From: an uncultured beta proteobacterium
GTDB lineage: Bacteria; Pseudomonadota; Gammaproteobacteria; Burkholderiales; Gallionellaceae
Reading direction: 5' to 3'
Length of the DNA stretch: 64,000 nt
NCBI GenBank assembly: GCA_963740305.1
Contig: CAVUDR010000001.1
Span: 298,642-362,641 of the forward strand
Shown piece after piece: positions 50,451 through 63,834 of this stretch. The position numbers and the translations under genes were made by a program. The notes under the pieces were generated by a model. That model saw only the letters and a program-made list of their open reading frames with translations. It did not search any database and had not been told where the DNA came from. The first letter of the stretch is position 1, and each line of letters begins with the position of its first letter.

Positions 50451-51767
50451 TTGAAAGACTTGTTTGCACCGTCACAGCCTGCCGCGCCTTTGGCCGAACG
50501 CTTGCGACCTCATCATATAGACGAGGTCATCGGGCAGTCCCATCTATTGGGGGCAGGTAAGCCACTCCGTCTGGCATTCTCTTCGGGCAAGTTACATTCC
50601 ATGATTTTGTGGGGCCCGCCGGGCGTGGGTAAGACCACGCTGGCACGGCTGATGGCATCGGCCTTCGATGCTGAGTTCGTGCCACTATCCGCAGTATTGT
50701 CAGGTGTGAAAGATATCCGTGAGGCTATCGCACAAGCGGAACAGACCTTGCAGCAGAGTGGTCGTCATACCATCCTGTTCGTGGACGAGGTGCACCGCTT
50801 CAATAAATCCCAGCAAGATGCATTTCTACCTTATGTAGAGCAGGGCTTGGTTACTTTCATCGGTGCGACCACTGAAAATCCCTCCTTCGAATTGAACAAC
50901 GCTTTGTTATCGCGTGCTCAGGTCTATGTGTTGCAATCACTGTCGGACGCCGAGCTCGGGCAGCTTCTAGATCGTGTACAACAAGTCGCATTGGATGGAC
51001 TGCAGTTTGAAGACGCTGCACGCGAACGGATACTGGGCTATGCAGACGGGGATGCGCGTCGCTTGCTGAATGTGTTGGAGCAATTGCAGACTGCGGCGAA
51101 TGCCGCTGGTGTGACGAGTGTAGGAAGCGAATTCCTAGATAATACTTTGGCGCAGAAATTGCGCCGTTTCGATAAAGGCGGTGAAGCCTTCTACGATCAG
51201 ATCTCAGCGCTACACAAATCAGTGCGCGGTTCTAATCCCGATGCGGCGCTGTATTGGTTGGTGCGTATGCTAGACGGTGGTGCAGATGCGCGCTATCTAG
51301 CTAGGCGCATCGTGCGTATGGCCTGGGAGGACATCGGTTTGGCAGATCCACGCGCCTTGCAAATTTGCAACGATGCCGCCCTGACCTATGAACGCCTAGG
51401 TTCTCCTGAGGGCGAGTTAGCCTTGGTGCAAGCCACGCTATATCTGGCTTGCGCGCCCAAGTCGAATGCCGGATATGTCGCGTATAATGCCGCCCGCGCT
51501 TGGGTAGCCCAAGACGGCTCGCGAGAGGTGCCCATGCATTTGCGTAATGCACCGACCAAGCTGATGAAACAACTCGATTATGGTAAAGACTATCGTTATG
51601 CGCATGACGAAGAAGGCGGCTATGCGGCGGGTGAGGACTATTTCCCCGAAGCGATGCCGGCGGTGAGTTTCTACCATCCGACCGACCGAGGTCTGGAGGC
51701 GAAGATTGCCGAGAAATTGGCCCATCTGCGTGCGTTGGATGACGCAGCTAATTTAAAGAAAAAGTGA
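50451..51767 (+). CDS. rarA: Replication-associated recombination protein A
   Basis: PLAERLRP, WGPPGVGKTT, DEVHRF, GATTENP, SALHKSVRGS, EDIGLADP. Confidence 0.96.
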   Translation: MKDLFAPSQPAAPLAERLRPHHIDEVIGQSHLLGAGKPLRLAFSSGKLHSMILWGPPGVGKTTLARLMASAFDAEFVPLSAVLSGVKDIREAIAQAEQTLQQSGRHTILFVDEVHRFNKSQQDAFLPYVEQGLVTFIGATTENPSFELNNALLSRAQVYVLQSLSDAELGQLLDRVQQVALDGLQFEDAARERILGYADGDARRLLNVLEQLQTAANAAGVTSVGSEFLDNTLAQKLRRFDKGGEAFYDQISALHKSVRGSNPDAALYWLVRMLDGGADARYLARRIVRMAWEDIGLADPRALQICNDAALTYERLGSPEGELALVQATLYLACAPKSNAGYVAYNAARAWVAQDGSREVPMHLRNAPTKLMKQLDYGKDYRYAHDEEGGYAAGEDYFPEAMPAVSFYHPTDRGLEAKIAEKLAHLRALDDAANLKKK

Positions 51768-51775
51768 GCTGAAGT

Positions 51776-52483
51776 ATGAGTGACCACTCGTCATTGCAGA
51801 CAAATACTAAGAAATGGCCGGAACACGCTGCTGCCCCCAATACGCATAAGCGAGTATTCGAATTGGTGCGACAACATCTGCCGCAAGCGGCGGGCAAGAG
51901 AGTGTGCGATTTGCCTTGTGGCGCGGGCGCTTTTTCGGCAACGCTCGCAACGCTGGCGTGTGATGTGACTGCGGTCGATCTAGAAGCGGTAGAACCTTTT
52001 TATTATGACCGAGCTAAACGTGTGCTGGCAGATGGCAATCTGAAGCTACCCTTTGCGGATGGAGAGTTTGATGCGATGGTTTCCATCGAGGGCATCGAGC
52101 ATTTGGAGAATCCATCATTCTTTGTGCGTGAATGTGCCCGTGTGGTGAAGTCGGGTGGTCTGATCATCTTGTCCACGCCTAATGTGGATAGTTATCGTTC
52201 CCGTCGTTCGGCTCACCTGCATGGATACCATAAATATTTCCGCCCCCTTAGTCCTGTTCATAAGGTTGCTTATCATTTGCACCCTATTGACTTGACCTTT
52301 ATGCGGGGTGCTTTGCGCAAAGCTGGACTGGAGTTGGTTGAGTTGGCGGTGAATCGCATGAAGGATAAGAATTGGTTGACAGAGTTGATGCGACCAATCT
52401 TCAATCGCAAGCTGCCCGTAGAGATGAAAGGACCTATCCCTTACTATGGTGAAGTCATCATCTATGTGCTGCGTAAACCATAA
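51776..52483 (+). CDS. Class I SAM-dependent methyltransferase
   Basis: DLPCGAGAF motif I, LPFADGEFD, IEGIEHL, LSTPN. Confidence 0.85.
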   Translation: MSDHSSLQTNTKKWPEHAAAPNTHKRVFELVRQHLPQAAGKRVCDLPCGAGAFSATLATLACDVTAVDLEAVEPFYYDRAKRVLADGNLKLPFADGEFDAMVSIEGIEHLENPSFFVRECARVVKSGGLIILSTPNVDSYRSRRSAHLHGYHKYFRPLSPVHKVAYHLHPIDLTFMRGALRKAGLELVELAVNRMKDKNWLTELMRPIFNRKLPVEMKGPIPYYGEVIIYVLRKP

Positions 52484-52491
52484 GCCTTTAA

Positions 52492-53890
<1,399 letters not shown>

Positions 53891-53917
53891 TTTAGCTAGA
53901 AGTGCGTTCCAAATTGA

Positions 53918-54352
53918 CTACTTGCGCCCCGTCTTATTGCCGCTGGACATGCGATGTAAAGCATCCTTAAGGGGGGAGTCAGGCAGACTCGCTTCAAGTT
54001 GTTTGATGCCCTCTTTTGCGGTGTGACTTAGTTGCCGAGCTTTATTCTTATTGGCGGGTAGAGGGTATGAGACTTGCACCTTGACGCGTATTCCGTTAAC
54101 CTCGGCCCCCATTTTCTTAAACTTGTCAACGAGTTCGGGTGTGTTTTGGCGAATTTTTGCGGCGACGGTGGCATTGCTGGCAGCGATTGTCAGTGTGCCA
54201 AACTCCTTCCCCAGAACTTGAAAATATGGGGCGAGATTGGGTGGCAGTAGCGCGATAAGTTGCTGTTGTAAGGCGTACAGAGCATGTGCTTTGCTAAGGA
54301 TGGTACGGAATTCCGTACTGTCGCTCAGGAGGTCTTTGAGGGCGAGTGTCAC
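53918..54352 (-). CDS. dciA: DciA / DUF721 family protein
   Basis: GTLTIAASNATVAAKIRQ...IRVKVQ, LKDAL; conserved position divergent from M23-secA. Confidence 0.78.
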   Translation of the reverse strand: MTLALKDLLSDSTEFRTILSKAHALYALQQQLIALLPPNLAPYFQVLGKEFGTLTIAASNATVAAKIRQNTPELVDKFKKMGAEVNGIRVKVQVSYPLPANKNKARQLSHTAKEGIKQLEASLPDSPLKDALHRMSSGNKTGRK

Positions 54353-54376
54353 GGCTAGTTATGCACAAATAAGGGA

Positions 54377-55303
54377 GTGATCATGAACATCATTATAGTT
54401 TCAAACGGTAGGGCTAAGACCCGAAGTATTACTTTGGGTGGTAAGCAGATCGCATTGGCACTATTTGTACTGATGGTCGTGACGATGCTGTTCGCCAGCG
54501 CGTTACAGAACGTATTGTTACGCTTTGCCCCTGAAAGCCTGGGGGATGCCGCACGTGCAATCTTGCTCAGTGGTCGCGAAGCTGAGCAGCAAAGACAGTT
54601 GGCTTATGTGCAGGCTAGCTTGCAAGGAATGGCGGCCAAGGTTGGTCAGATGCAATCGCAGATGCAACGTCTAGATACTTTGGGTGGGCGCCTAGCCAAG
54701 ATTTCAGGAATGAAGCCAGAAGAGTTCTCCTTCGATAAGCCTAGTCCTCAAGGTGGACCCTTGGTTACCTCGGCTAGTGAAGAGATCAATGTCGACGATT
54801 TGTCCCGCGAAGTGCAGAACCTGACATTGGTTTTAAGCGACCGTAGTGACAAGATGTCTGCTTTGCAGACCATGTTGATGCAGAATCAATTAAGTAAAAA
54901 ATTGTTACCTTCGGTGGCGCCAGTGCGCGATGGTTGGTACTCGTCCAACTTCGGTTGGCGTGTCGATCCCTTTAACGGTCTGAGTGCGATGCATGAGGGC
55001 GTAGATTATGTGGTGCCTGAAGGTACGCCTATCTATGCATCTGCAGGTGGCGTAGTCTCATACGCCGATATGAACTCTAGCTATGGTAATATGGTCGAGA
55101 TTGATCACGGTAATGAGATTATCACCAGATACGCCCATGCTTCTAAGTTGTTGGTAAAAGTGGGGCAAGTAGTAAGACGTGGCGAGAAAATCGCAGAAGT
55201 TGGCAGTACCGGACGCTCTACGGGCAACCATCTGCATTTTGAAATTCGTTATAGAGGTATCGCCCAAAATCCCGTGCGCTTCTTGAAGAACGCATCGAGT
55301 TAA
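54377..55303 (+). CDS. M23 family metallopeptidase
   Basis: TM plus coiled coil; SNFGWRVDPF, HEGVD, TRYAH, GRSTGNHLHFE. Confidence 0.92.
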   Translation: MIMNIIIVSNGRAKTRSITLGGKQIALALFVLMVVTMLFASALQNVLLRFAPESLGDAARAILLSGREAEQQRQLAYVQASLQGMAAKVGQMQSQMQRLDTLGGRLAKISGMKPEEFSFDKPSPQGGPLVTSASEEINVDDLSREVQNLTLVLSDRSDKMSALQTMLMQNQLSKKLLPSVAPVRDGWYSSNFGWRVDPFNGLSAMHEGVDYVVPEGTPIYASAGGVVSYADMNSSYGNMVEIDHGNEIITRYAHASKLLVKVGQVVRRGEKIAEVGSTGRSTGNHLHFEIRYRGIAQNPVRFLKNASS

Positions 55304-55324
55304 AGCTATATGACTTTATTTTGG

Positions 55325-55353
55325 GGCGAGGTGAATTCATACCTCGCCTTTTT
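55325..55353 (+). terminator. Intrinsic terminator-like hairpin between the M23 gene and secA
   Basis: GGCGAGGT-GAATTCAT-ACCTCGCC-TTTTT. Confidence 0.65.
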
Positions 55354-55376
55354 AATTGTGGCCAAGAAAACGAAAT

Positions 55377-58085
55377 ATGATTTCCAAAGCATTAAAAAAT
55401 ATCTTCGGTAGCCGTAACGACAGATTGCTCAAGCAATATCGCGCTACCGTCATCTCCATCAATAAGCTCGAAGCGACATTCAATAAACTCAGCGACGATG
55501 AGTTGCGAGAGAAGACGGAGAACTTTAAGCAGCGTTTCCAGCAGGGCGAGACACTAGATCAGCTATTGCCGGAAGCCTTTGCGGTGGTACGCGAGGCAAG
55601 TCTGCGCGCACTAGGCATGCGCCACTATGATGTGCAACTGATAGGCGGCATGGTGTTGCACTTCGGCAAGATCGCCGAGATGCGGACAGGTGAAGGTAAA
55701 ACGCTGATGTCGACGCTGCCCTGTTATCTGAATGCAATTTCGGGGCGTGGAGTTCATGTGGTGACAGTCAATGACTACCTTGCCAGTCGTGACGCGGCAT
55801 GGATGGGTAAGTTGTACCGTTTCCTAGGGCTGTCAGTGGGCGTGGTGCTGTCGCAGATGGATGCGCGCGATAAGCAAGCCGCATACGCCGCGGATATTAC
55901 CTACGGCACCAACAATGAATTTGGTTTTGATTATCTGCGTGACAACATGGCAACGCAGCGCGAAGAGCGTTTCCAGCGTGGTTTAAATTTTGCGGTAGTC
56001 GATGAAGTCGATTCGATCCTGATTGACGAGGCCCGTACCCCGTTGATCATCTCCGGTCAGGCAGAAGATGATGTGGAAATCTATGCGCTAATGAATCAAC
56101 TCGCGCCTCAATTGCGTCGTCAGGCGGATGAAGAAAGCCCCGGCGACTTTAGTGTGGATGAAAAGAGTCAGCAGATATTGCTGAGTGAGATAGGTCACGA
56201 ACACGCAGAGCAGTTGCTTAGCAAGGCGGGGCTGCTGCCTGAGGGCGGTAGTTTGTACGATCCAGCCAACATCTCTTTGATACACCACCTGTATGCCGCG
56301 TTGCGTGCGCACAATCTGTATTTGCGTGACCAGCACTATGTGGTGCAGAACAACGAAGTCATCATCGTCGATGAATTCACTGGACGCCTGATGTCGGGTC
56401 GTCGTTGGTCTGATGGTTTGCACCAAGCTGTTGAAGCCAAAGAAGGTGTGGTTGTACAGAAAGAAAATCAGACGCTGGCGTCTATCACCTTCCAGAATTA
56501 CTTCCGCATGTACGAAAAATTGGGCGGCATGACGGGTACGGCTGATACTGAGGCGTATGAGTTCCAGCAGATCTATAATCTGGAAACAGTCATTATCCCG
56601 CCGCATCGCCCTACCATCCGCAAGGATCAGATGGATAAGGTATACCTCACCACCAAAGAAAAATATCTGGCTGTGATCGCAGATGTCAAAGATTGTTATG
56701 AGCGCGGCCAGCCGGTCTTGGTGGGTACGACCTCTATCGAGAACTCGGAGTTATTGTCTGACTATCTGCAACGCATCGACATGCCGCATCAGGTTTTGAA
56801 CGCCAAGCAACATGAACGCGAGGCGGAGATTATCGCCCAAGCGGGTCGTCCCAAGATGGTGACTATTGCCACCAATATGGCGGGTCGTGGTACCGATATT
56901 GTGTTGGGCGGCAGCATAGAGAAGCAGCTTGAGCAAGTGCGTGAAGATGCAAACATGGATGAGGCGCAGAAGTTGCAACGCATCGCAGACATGAAGAACG
57001 AATGGTTGCCTATACATGAGCAGGTGCTGGCCAGCGGTGGTTTGCACATCATCGGTACTGAGCGCCACGAATCACGTCGCGTAGACAATCAGTTACGCGG
57101 TCGTGCCGGTCGTCAGGGTGACCCCGGTTCTAGCCGTTTCTTCTTATCTTTGGAAGATCCGTTGCTGCGCATCTTCGCTTCTGACCGTGTCGCAGCCATC
57201 ATGAATAAGTTCAAGTTGCCAGAAGGCGAGGCCATTGAACATAGTTGGGTGACGCGTGCAATTGAGAACGCGCAGCGCAAGGTTGAGGCACGCAACTACG
57301 ATATGCGTAAGCAGATACTAGAATATGACGATGTCGCCAATGAGCAACGCAAGGTGATATATCAACAGCGTACAGAGTTGTTGGAAAGTGCAGAGATTAG
57401 CGAGACTATTGCTGCAATGCGTGATGGCGTGTTGCAGAATACTGTGGATATCCATTTGCCTCTCGGCAGTATGGAAGAGCAGTGGGATGCGCCGGCACTT
57501 GAGAAGACCTTAGCTGCCGATTTCGCACTGGAGCTGCCAGTTGCGCAATGGCTGGAATCCGAGAAGACGCTCGATCTTGCAGGTGTTGCAGAACGTATTC
57601 GAGAGCATGCTCGTGACACCTACCAGGCGAAAGTTAATCTGGTCGGTCAGGAGAACATCCATCACTACGAGCGTGCCATCATGCTGCAGAGTCTGGACCA
57701 ACACTGGCGCGAGCATCTTTCAGCGCTAGATCACTTGCGTCAGGGTATACATCTGCGCGGTTATGCGCAGAAGAATCCTAAGCAGGAATACAAGCGCGAA
57801 GCCTTTGAATTGTTCGCCTCTATGCTAGAAGCAATCAAATTCGAAGTGACCCAAGTGTTGATGCGTGTTCAAGTGCGCAGCGAAGAAGATGTATCGCAAG
57901 TAGAAGCAACCCCCGCACCCGAAAATGTGCAGTATCATCACGCCGATTATGAAGAAGCATTGGCTCGAACAACGGAAAGCGAAGCTGCCCCGTTTGTCAG
58001 AGCAGGAGAGAAAATCGGCCGCAATGATCCATGCCCATGCGGTTCGGGGAAAAAATATAAGCAGTGTCATGGTAAATTAAGTTAA
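55377..58085 (+). CDS. secA: Preprotein translocase ATPase SecA
   Basis: [54 protein letters not shown]. Confidence 0.98.
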   Translation: MISKALKNIFGSRNDRLLKQYRATVISINKLEATFNKLSDDELREKTENFKQRFQQGETLDQLLPEAFAVVREASLRALGMRHYDVQLIGGMVLHFGKIAEMRTGEGKTLMSTLPCYLNAISGRGVHVVTVNDYLASRDAAWMGKLYRFLGLSVGVVLSQMDARDKQAAYAADITYGTNNEFGFDYLRDNMATQREERFQRGLNFAVVDEVDSILIDEARTPLIISGQAEDDVEIYALMNQLAPQLRRQADEESPGDFSVDEKSQQILLSEIGHEHAEQLLSKAGLLPEGGSLYDPANISLIHHLYAALRAHNLYLRDQHYVVQNNEVIIVDEFTGRLMSGRRWSDGLHQAVEAKEGVVVQKENQTLASITFQNYFRMYEKLGGMTGTADTEAYEFQQIYNLETVIIPPHRPTIRKDQMDKVYLTTKEKYLAVIADVKDCYERGQPVLVGTTSIENSELLSDYLQRIDMPHQVLNAKQHEREAEIIAQAGRPKMVTIATNMAGRGTDIVLGGSIEKQLEQVREDANMDEAQKLQRIADMKNEWLPIHEQVLASGGLHIIGTERHESRRVDNQLRGRAGRQGDPGSSRFFLSLEDPLLRIFASDRVAAIMNKFKLPEGEAIEHSWVTRAIENAQRKVEARNYDMRKQILEYDDVANEQRKVIYQQRTELLESAEISETIAAMRDGVLQNTVDIHLPLGSMEEQWDAPALEKTLAADFALELPVAQWLESEKTLDLAGVAERIREHARDTYQAKVNLVGQENIHHYERAIMLQSLDQHWREHLSALDHLRQGIHLRGYAQKNPKQEYKREAFELFASMLEAIKFEVTQVLMRVQVRSEEDVSQVEATPAPENVQYHHADYEEALARTTESEAAPFVRAGEKIGRNDPCPCGSGKKYKQCHGKLS

Positions 58086-58103
58086 TTGATAAGGGAGAAT
58101 GTG

Positions 58104-58589
58104 ATGTCATTAGTGATTGATACTCTGCGCACTTCAACGATTACAGAAGAATTGAGCGATGCAGAAGTGCAGATTTTGGCGAGTTTGTTTGAAGTGAAGT
58201 CTTACTCCGCTGGTGAGCAAATCACTAAGCCAGGTGATGAAGGTCACGACAATCTGTTTATCTTGGCTAAGGGCGAGATCGAAGTAAAGATCCAGAACAG
58301 CGGTGAAGTATCCAACATCCATGTGCTGCGTCCAGGCGACCTAGCTGGCATCATCACTTTCGTGGGCGGTGCAGCATCGCACATCAGCGCGACATTGTTT
58401 GCGATGGGTGAGACTCAGGTGTTGAGCTTAGAGCGCAAACGTTTCGAATCTCTGATCAATAGCCATCCTATGATCATGTATCGCGTGATGCGCGGGGTCG
58501 TGCGTAATGTGCATGGCATCGTTCGTCGCATGAATATGCAGGCTGTTGAAATGAGTAACTACATCTTTGGTTCCAAAGGTCGTTACTAA
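58104..58589 (+). CDS. Stand-alone cyclic nucleotide-binding domain protein
   Basis: LSDAE...Y..GEQI...GDEG..LFILAKGEIEV...LRPGDLAG cNMP beta-roll; no HTH. Confidence 0.8.
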   Translation: MSLVIDTLRTSTITEELSDAEVQILASLFEVKSYSAGEQITKPGDEGHDNLFILAKGEIEVKIQNSGEVSNIHVLRPGDLAGIITFVGGAASHISATLFAMGETQVLSLERKRFESLINSHPMIMYRVMRGVVRNVHGIVRRMNMQAVEMSNYIFGSKGRY

Positions 58590-58662
58590 GTAATAAGCAG
58601 TCGCTGTACTCTCGCGTCCCGGGCTGGCCTCGGGACGTATACATTCAGTCGAGGAAAATCGC

Positions 58663-59892
58663 ATGCCTGTGAATCTGACATCGCCCGTTGCGGCACAACT
58701 ATTGCCCGTTGCGGGCGTTTCTCTGGGTATAGCCTGTGCAGGCATCAAACGCGCTGAGCGTAAAGATTTGCTGGTGATGCAGCTGAGCGCAGGTACGCGT
58801 GTCGCTGGCGTATTCACTACCAACCGTTTTTGTGCGGCGCCAGTCACGGTTGCCAAAGCGCACCTCGCCAATGCTTTAGGTGTGCGTGCTTTGGTGGTCA
58901 ATACCGGTAATGCGAACGCGGGAACGGGCGAGCAGGGTATGGCAGATGCGCATGCTACTTGCGCCGCGCTGGCAGGTCTATTGGGCTGCAAGCCTGAGCA
59001 AATACTGCCTTACTCTACAGGCGTAATTATGGAGCCACTGCCTATAGATAAGATTGCGGCAGGACTGCCAGCTGCAGTCGCTAATGCCAAGGAAGGCAAT
59101 TGGCACGACGCTGCACACGCCATTATGACCACCGACATTGTGGCTAAGGCGATCTCTAAGCAAGTCGTCATAGACGGGGTGCAAGTCACCATCACCGGTA
59201 TCGCAAAGGGTTCGGGCATGATTCACCCGAATATGGCCACCATGCTGGGATATATCGCGACCGATGCCGCAATCTGCCAGCCACTATTGCAGCAGATGGT
59301 GAGTGTCGCCTGTAACCGTTCCTTCAACTGCATCACGGTGGATGGCGATACCTCTACAAATGACGCACTGATGCTGATTGCTACAGGTCAGTCCGGTATG
59401 GCCGAGATTGATACTGCACACAGTAGCGCATATACGAGTCTGCTGGCTGCGGTGAGCGAAGTCGCCTTGTTTCTCGCACAGGCTATCGTGCGTGACGGTG
59501 AAGGTGCTACCAAATTCATCACCATCAAACTGGAAGGCGGTAGAGATGAGGCGGAGTGTAAAAAGATAGGTTATGCCATCGCACATTCACCTTTAGTTAA
59601 AACTGCGTTCTTTGCATCAGATCCTAACCTTGGTCGTATCTTGGCCGCGATTGGGTATGCGGGCGTGGGCGATTTAGATGTGTCTAAATTGGAACTGTAT
59701 CTGGATGATGTGCTGGTCGCCGAGCACGGTGGTCGTGCCGCGAGTTATCAGGAAGAAGATGGTCAACGCGTGATGCAGCAGAGTGATATCACTATACGTG
59801 TGGTGCTGAATCGCGGTGAGGTGGATGCGACACTGTGGACCTGCGATTTCTCATATGACTATGTCAAGATCAATGCGAGCTATCGAAGTTAG
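58663..59892 (+). CDS. argJ: Bifunctional ornithine acetyltransferase / N-acetylglutamate synthase
   Basis: [48 protein letters not shown]. Confidence 0.97.
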   Translation: MPVNLTSPVAAQLLPVAGVSLGIACAGIKRAERKDLLVMQLSAGTRVAGVFTTNRFCAAPVTVAKAHLANALGVRALVVNTGNANAGTGEQGMADAHATCAALAGLLGCKPEQILPYSTGVIMEPLPIDKIAAGLPAAVANAKEGNWHDAAHAIMTTDIVAKAISKQVVIDGVQVTITGIAKGSGMIHPNMATMLGYIATDAAICQPLLQQMVSVACNRSFNCITVDGDTSTNDALMLIATGQSGMAEIDTAHSSAYTSLLAAVSEVALFLAQAIVRDGEGATKFITIKLEGGRDEAECKKIGYAIAHSPLVKTAFFASDPNLGRILAAIGYAGVGDLDVSKLELYLDDVLVAEHGGRAASYQEEDGQRVMQQSDITIRVVLNRGEVDATLWTCDFSYDYVKINASYRS

Positions 59893-59958
59893 TTGATGTA
59901 AGGCAGGCGGCAGTTGGCAGACGTAAGTCGTAAGTTAAAAACGCACGCTGGTAAAAAT

Positions 59959-59991
59959 AAACGGGTTCGATAAATTATCGAACCCGTTTTT
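59959..59991. terminator. Bidirectional intrinsic terminator between convergent argJ and ppc
   Basis: AAACGGGTTCGATAA-A-TTATCGAACCCGTTT inverted repeat flanked by A and T tracts. Confidence 0.8.
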
Positions 59992-60019
59992 CATGCGCGG
60001 AATGAAGTGCAACTTCCGA

Positions 60020-62791
60020 CTAACCGCTATTCCTTAACCCGGTTGCAATACCATTGATGGTCAAATGAATCGCGCGCTTGACCTTTTCGTCGTTGTCCCC
60101 TGCGCGGTGACGTAATAGCAGCGCAACTTGCAAGTGGTTGAGCGGATCAATATAGGGCATACGAGTTGTCAAGCTGCGGGCGAAGGCAGGGTTGTCCTGC
60201 AACAAGGCCTTGTTGCCAGTGACAGCGAACATCATCTCTATAGTGTCTTCCCATGCCGAATTGATCGCACCAAAAATGCGTTCGCGTAACTCTACATCTT
60301 CCACTAATTCTGAATAGCTCTCAGCGATACCCATGTCGGTTTTGGAAAGCACCATATCCATATTGGACATTAGGCCACGGAAGAACGGCCAGTTTTTGTA
60401 CATGGCTCTCAACTGTACAAGACCTGCATCACCTTCCTTGGCGATGAATTCCTTTATCGCACTACCAAAGCCCATCCAGCCGGGCAATAAAGTGCGTGTC
60501 AGCCCCCAACTAAATACCCAAGGGATGGCGCGCAAATCCTCGATGCGATTTGAAGGTTTGCGAGAAGACGGACGGCTGCCGATATTCAACTCGGCAATCT
60601 CGCGTATTGGTGTCGCAGTGAAGAAATACTCGGTAAAGCCAGGTGTCTCATAGACCAGCTTACGGTAAGCCGCGAAGGCGCTCTGACTGAGTTCCTCCAT
60701 GATGCGGTGATACTCGGGCATCGAACTGTCTGCACCATGGTGATGCAGCAGCGTCGCTTCCATGGTGGCAGCGATCATGGTCTCAAGATTGCGTCTACCG
60801 ATCTCGGGATTAGAATATTTGCTAGAAATCACTTCGCCTTGTTCGGTGATGCGAATCTGGCCGTTCACGCTGCCTGGTGGCTGCGCAAGAATAGCGTTAT
60901 AACTAGGGCCACCGCCACGGCCTACCGTGCCGCCACGGCCATGGAATAGGCGCAACTCTATGCCGTGTTTGGCGAAGATATCTACCAGTACCAGTTCTGC
61001 CTTGTACAACTCCCAGTTGGCAGTGAGATAGCCGCCATCCTTGTTGCTATCGGAGTAGCCCAGCATCACCTCTTGGGTGTTGTTGCGGCTCTTTAGCAGA
61101 TCGCGATAATAAGGGATAGAGAACAACTCATCCATGATGGGGCCGCAACTGCGTAAGTCCTCTATGGTCTCAAATAGTGGAATGATGTTGATATGCAATG
61201 CAGGTTTAACCACGCCATGTTCTAGCAATGAAACTTGCTGCAACATCAATGCCAGTTCGAGCATGTCGCTGACTGCATCGGTCTTGGAGATGATGTGATT
61301 AGGTAATGAGTCGCGTCCAAAATTGAGATGTATCTTGGCGGCGGTTTGCATGATGCGAAGTTCGGTTTGAGCGACGTCACTGTATTTATCCAAATCACCT
61401 AACAGTGTCTTGCCTGACTTTAGCGCATCCAGCAGCACAGTACGTTTCGCTGTTTCAGAGAGCGCGCTGTAAGCCTCACCTTGGCCCAGCAGTTCGCTAA
61501 CGGTCTGTTCTATGATGGCGCTGTGTTGGCGCATATCCAGTGGCGCAAGATGAAAACCGAACACTTCGACTGCACGGCGCAAGTTCGCCAGTCTGCCGCG
61601 AGCCAGATAGACCGCGCCATGGCTGAACAAGGAGTCAATTAGAATGTCCAGATCGGCGATGAACTCTTCCGGCGTCGCATAGGGGGATGCATTGGAGTCT
61701 ATCGGTTCGCGTTGTGCCAACTCGTTGCCCAGCATCTTGCTAGATGCATAGAGACGTGAGTAAACCAAAATCAGCGCGCGTCGATAAGGTTCGTCCATGC
61801 GATGGGTCGCCGCATCAGGAGATGAAGCTGCTAGCGCTGCTAGCGCTGGGCTGATGTCAGTCAGACGTGCGGTCAGGCTCAATCGCGTACCCAGTATATG
61901 GACTTCACTCAAATAATGATCGAATGCCAGAGAGGATTGCTGATTCAGTGCATCTTCCATCACCTCATGAGTGACGAAGGGATTGCCGTCACGGTCGCCA
62001 CCTATCCAGCTGCCAACACGCATGAATGGTGGCACTTTTATATCTTTGTCGAAGCGACTCTCAAACTGCTTCTCGAGATTAGCGTAGATCTTAGGTATTT
62101 CGTTGAGGAAGGTATAACGATAGAACTCCAGACCATTTTTGATCTCATCGTTCACTGTCAATTTCGCAGTACGCAACATGCGGGTCTGCCACAAGATGAG
62201 GATAAAGCGACGCAGTGCTTCTTCATTATCCGAGAGCTCGTCTGGCGTCATGTCCACGCGGTCGCGATCTGCTAACAGACTAGCGATAATCAGTTGGCAA
62301 TCAAGGATGCTTTTGCGCTGCACTTCAGTCGGGTGAGCGGTGAGTACTGGTGAGATGATTGCGCTGTCTAAGAATGACTGCAGTGATTTTTTGGTGATTT
62401 CATGCGCTTCCATACGATCGAGCGCAAGCATCAGGCTGCCGTCTTTTGGTGTGGACTCTGCTTTTAAATGTGCGCGGTGACGGCGATTGTGATGCAAGTC
62501 TTCTGCAATATTCGACAGTTGCGAGAAGTAGCTGAATGCACGTACGACAACCAAGGTGTCGCTAGGAGACAATGCATCCAAGGTCTTTTCTAATTGCACG
62601 CGATCACGGTCATCTTGTGTCTTGCGGAAACGCACAGCTGCACGGCGTACATTCTCGATGAGATCGAAAGAGGCAACGCCCTCCTGTTCAAGTAAAGTGT
62701 CGCCCAAGATACGACCTAGTAAGCGAACATCTTCGCGCAACGGTTGGTCTTTAGAGGAAATGTCTGTAGTGGTGGAAATTAAGTTCATCAC
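60020..62791 (-). CDS. ppc: Phosphoenolpyruvate carboxylase
   Basis: [55 protein letters not shown]; start may be ATG 62788. Confidence 0.98.
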   Translation of the reverse strand: MMNLISTTTDISSKDQPLREDVRLLGRILGDTLLEQEGVASFDLIENVRRAAVRFRKTQDDRDRVQLEKTLDALSPSDTLVVVRAFSYFSQLSNIAEDLHHNRRHRAHLKAESTPKDGSLMLALDRMEAHEITKKSLQSFLDSAIISPVLTAHPTEVQRKSILDCQLIIASLLADRDRVDMTPDELSDNEEALRRFILILWQTRMLRTAKLTVNDEIKNGLEFYRYTFLNEIPKIYANLEKQFESRFDKDIKVPPFMRVGSWIGGDRDGNPFVTHEVMEDALNQQSSLAFDHYLSEVHILGTRLSLTARLTDISPALAALAASSPDAATHRMDEPYRRALILVYSRLYASSKMLGNELAQREPIDSNASPYATPEEFIADLDILIDSLFSHGAVYLARGRLANLRRAVEVFGFHLAPLDMRQHSAIIEQTVSELLGQGEAYSALSETAKRTVLLDALKSGKTLLGDLDKYSDVAQTELRIMQTAAKIHLNFGRDSLPNHIISKTDAVSDMLELALMLQQVSLLEHGVVKPALHINIIPLFETIEDLRSCGPIMDELFSIPYYRDLLKSRNNTQEVMLGYSDSNKDGGYLTANWELYKAELVLVDIFAKHGIELRLFHGRGGTVGRGGGPSYNAILAQPPGSVNGQIRITEQGEVISSKYSNPEIGRRNLETMIAATMEATLLHHHGADSSMPEYHRIMEELSQSAFAAYRKLVYETPGFTEYFFTATPIREIAELNIGSRPSSRKPSNRIEDLRAIPWVFSWGLTRTLLPGWMGFGSAIKEFIAKEGDAGLVQLRAMYKNWPFFRGLMSNMDMVLSKTDMGIAESYSELVEDVELRERIFGAINSAWEDTIEMMFAVTGNKALLQDNPAFARSLTTRMPYIDPLNHLQVALLLRHRAGDNDEKVKRAIHLTINGIATGLRNSG

Positions 62792-62860
62792 GTTCTCGGC
62801 GCAAAAGCGCGTTACACCCTATGTTAGAATGCGGCGCAAATTAATTATTCAGGAAGTGTT

Positions 62861-63805
62861 ATGAGTCAGGTCTTTACAACCCCCCCATCCCGATTGGTCA
62901 TAGCTTCTCGCGAAAGCGCATTAGCCATGTGGCAAGCCCAACATATACGAGACAGGCTGAAGGCATTATATCCCCAAACAGAGGTCAGCATCCTCGGCAT
63001 GACCACACAAGGCGATCAGATTTTAGATGTGACGCTGTCTAAGATAGGTGGCAAAGGCTTGTTCGTTAAGGAATTAGAGACCGCATTGGAAGATGGCAGT
63101 GCTGATCTGGCCGTGCACTCTTTGAAGGACGTTCCAATGAATCTACCCGAAGGTTTTGTACTCGCTGCTATCGGCGAACGTGAAGACCCGCTCGATGCTT
63201 TTGTGTCAAATGACTATGAGGATTTGGCGGCCTTACCTGCTGGTAGCGTGGTCGGTACTTCTAGCCTACGTCGTGAGAGTCAATTACGCGCGCGTTTCCC
63301 CCATCTGGATGTCCAACCCTTGCGCGGTAACGTGCAAACCCGTTTACGCAAGTTGGACGAAGGTCAATATGCCGCCATCATCTTGGCTGCCGCGGGTCTG
63401 AAGCGTCTGGGTCTGGGCGCACGTATACGCAACGTTATTAGCAGCGAAGATAGTCTTCCGGCTGTAGGTCAGGGTGCGCTGGGTATTGAATGTCGCGCCG
63501 ACCGTGCCGATGTCATCGCCTGCTTACAAGCGTTGCATCACAGTGATACTGCAGCCAGTGTGTTAGCAGAACGTGCAATGAGTCGAGCCTTGGCGGGCAG
63601 CTGCCAAGTGCCGCTGGGTGGTTTCGCAGAAGTGCAGAACGGCAAGTTGCGTATGCGCGGTTTTGTCGCCAGTCCTGACGGCAAGAAAATGCTACGTGCC
63701 GAAGCGATCGGTTCACTGGCACAGCCTGAAGTACTAGGTGACCAGATTGCTGCCGATCTTCTGGCGCAGGGTGCAGGCGAGATTTTGGCTGCACTTGCCC
63801 TCTAA
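62861..63805 (+). CDS. hemC: Hydroxymethylbilane synthase
   Basis: [46 protein letters not shown]. Confidence 0.97.
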   Translation: MSQVFTTPPSRLVIASRESALAMWQAQHIRDRLKALYPQTEVSILGMTTQGDQILDVTLSKIGGKGLFVKELETALEDGSADLAVHSLKDVPMNLPEGFVLAAIGEREDPLDAFVSNDYEDLAALPAGSVVGTSSLRRESQLRARFPHLDVQPLRGNVQTRLRKLDEGQYAAIILAAAGLKRLGLGARIRNVISSEDSLPAVGQGALGIECRADRADVIACLQALHHSDTAASVLAERAMSRALAGSCQVPLGGFAEVQNGKLRMRGFVASPDGKKMLRAEAIGSLAQPEVLGDQIAADLLAQGAGEILAALAL

Positions 63806-63834
63806 TCTCTATTTTAGAAAAGCCGCGCAAGATC

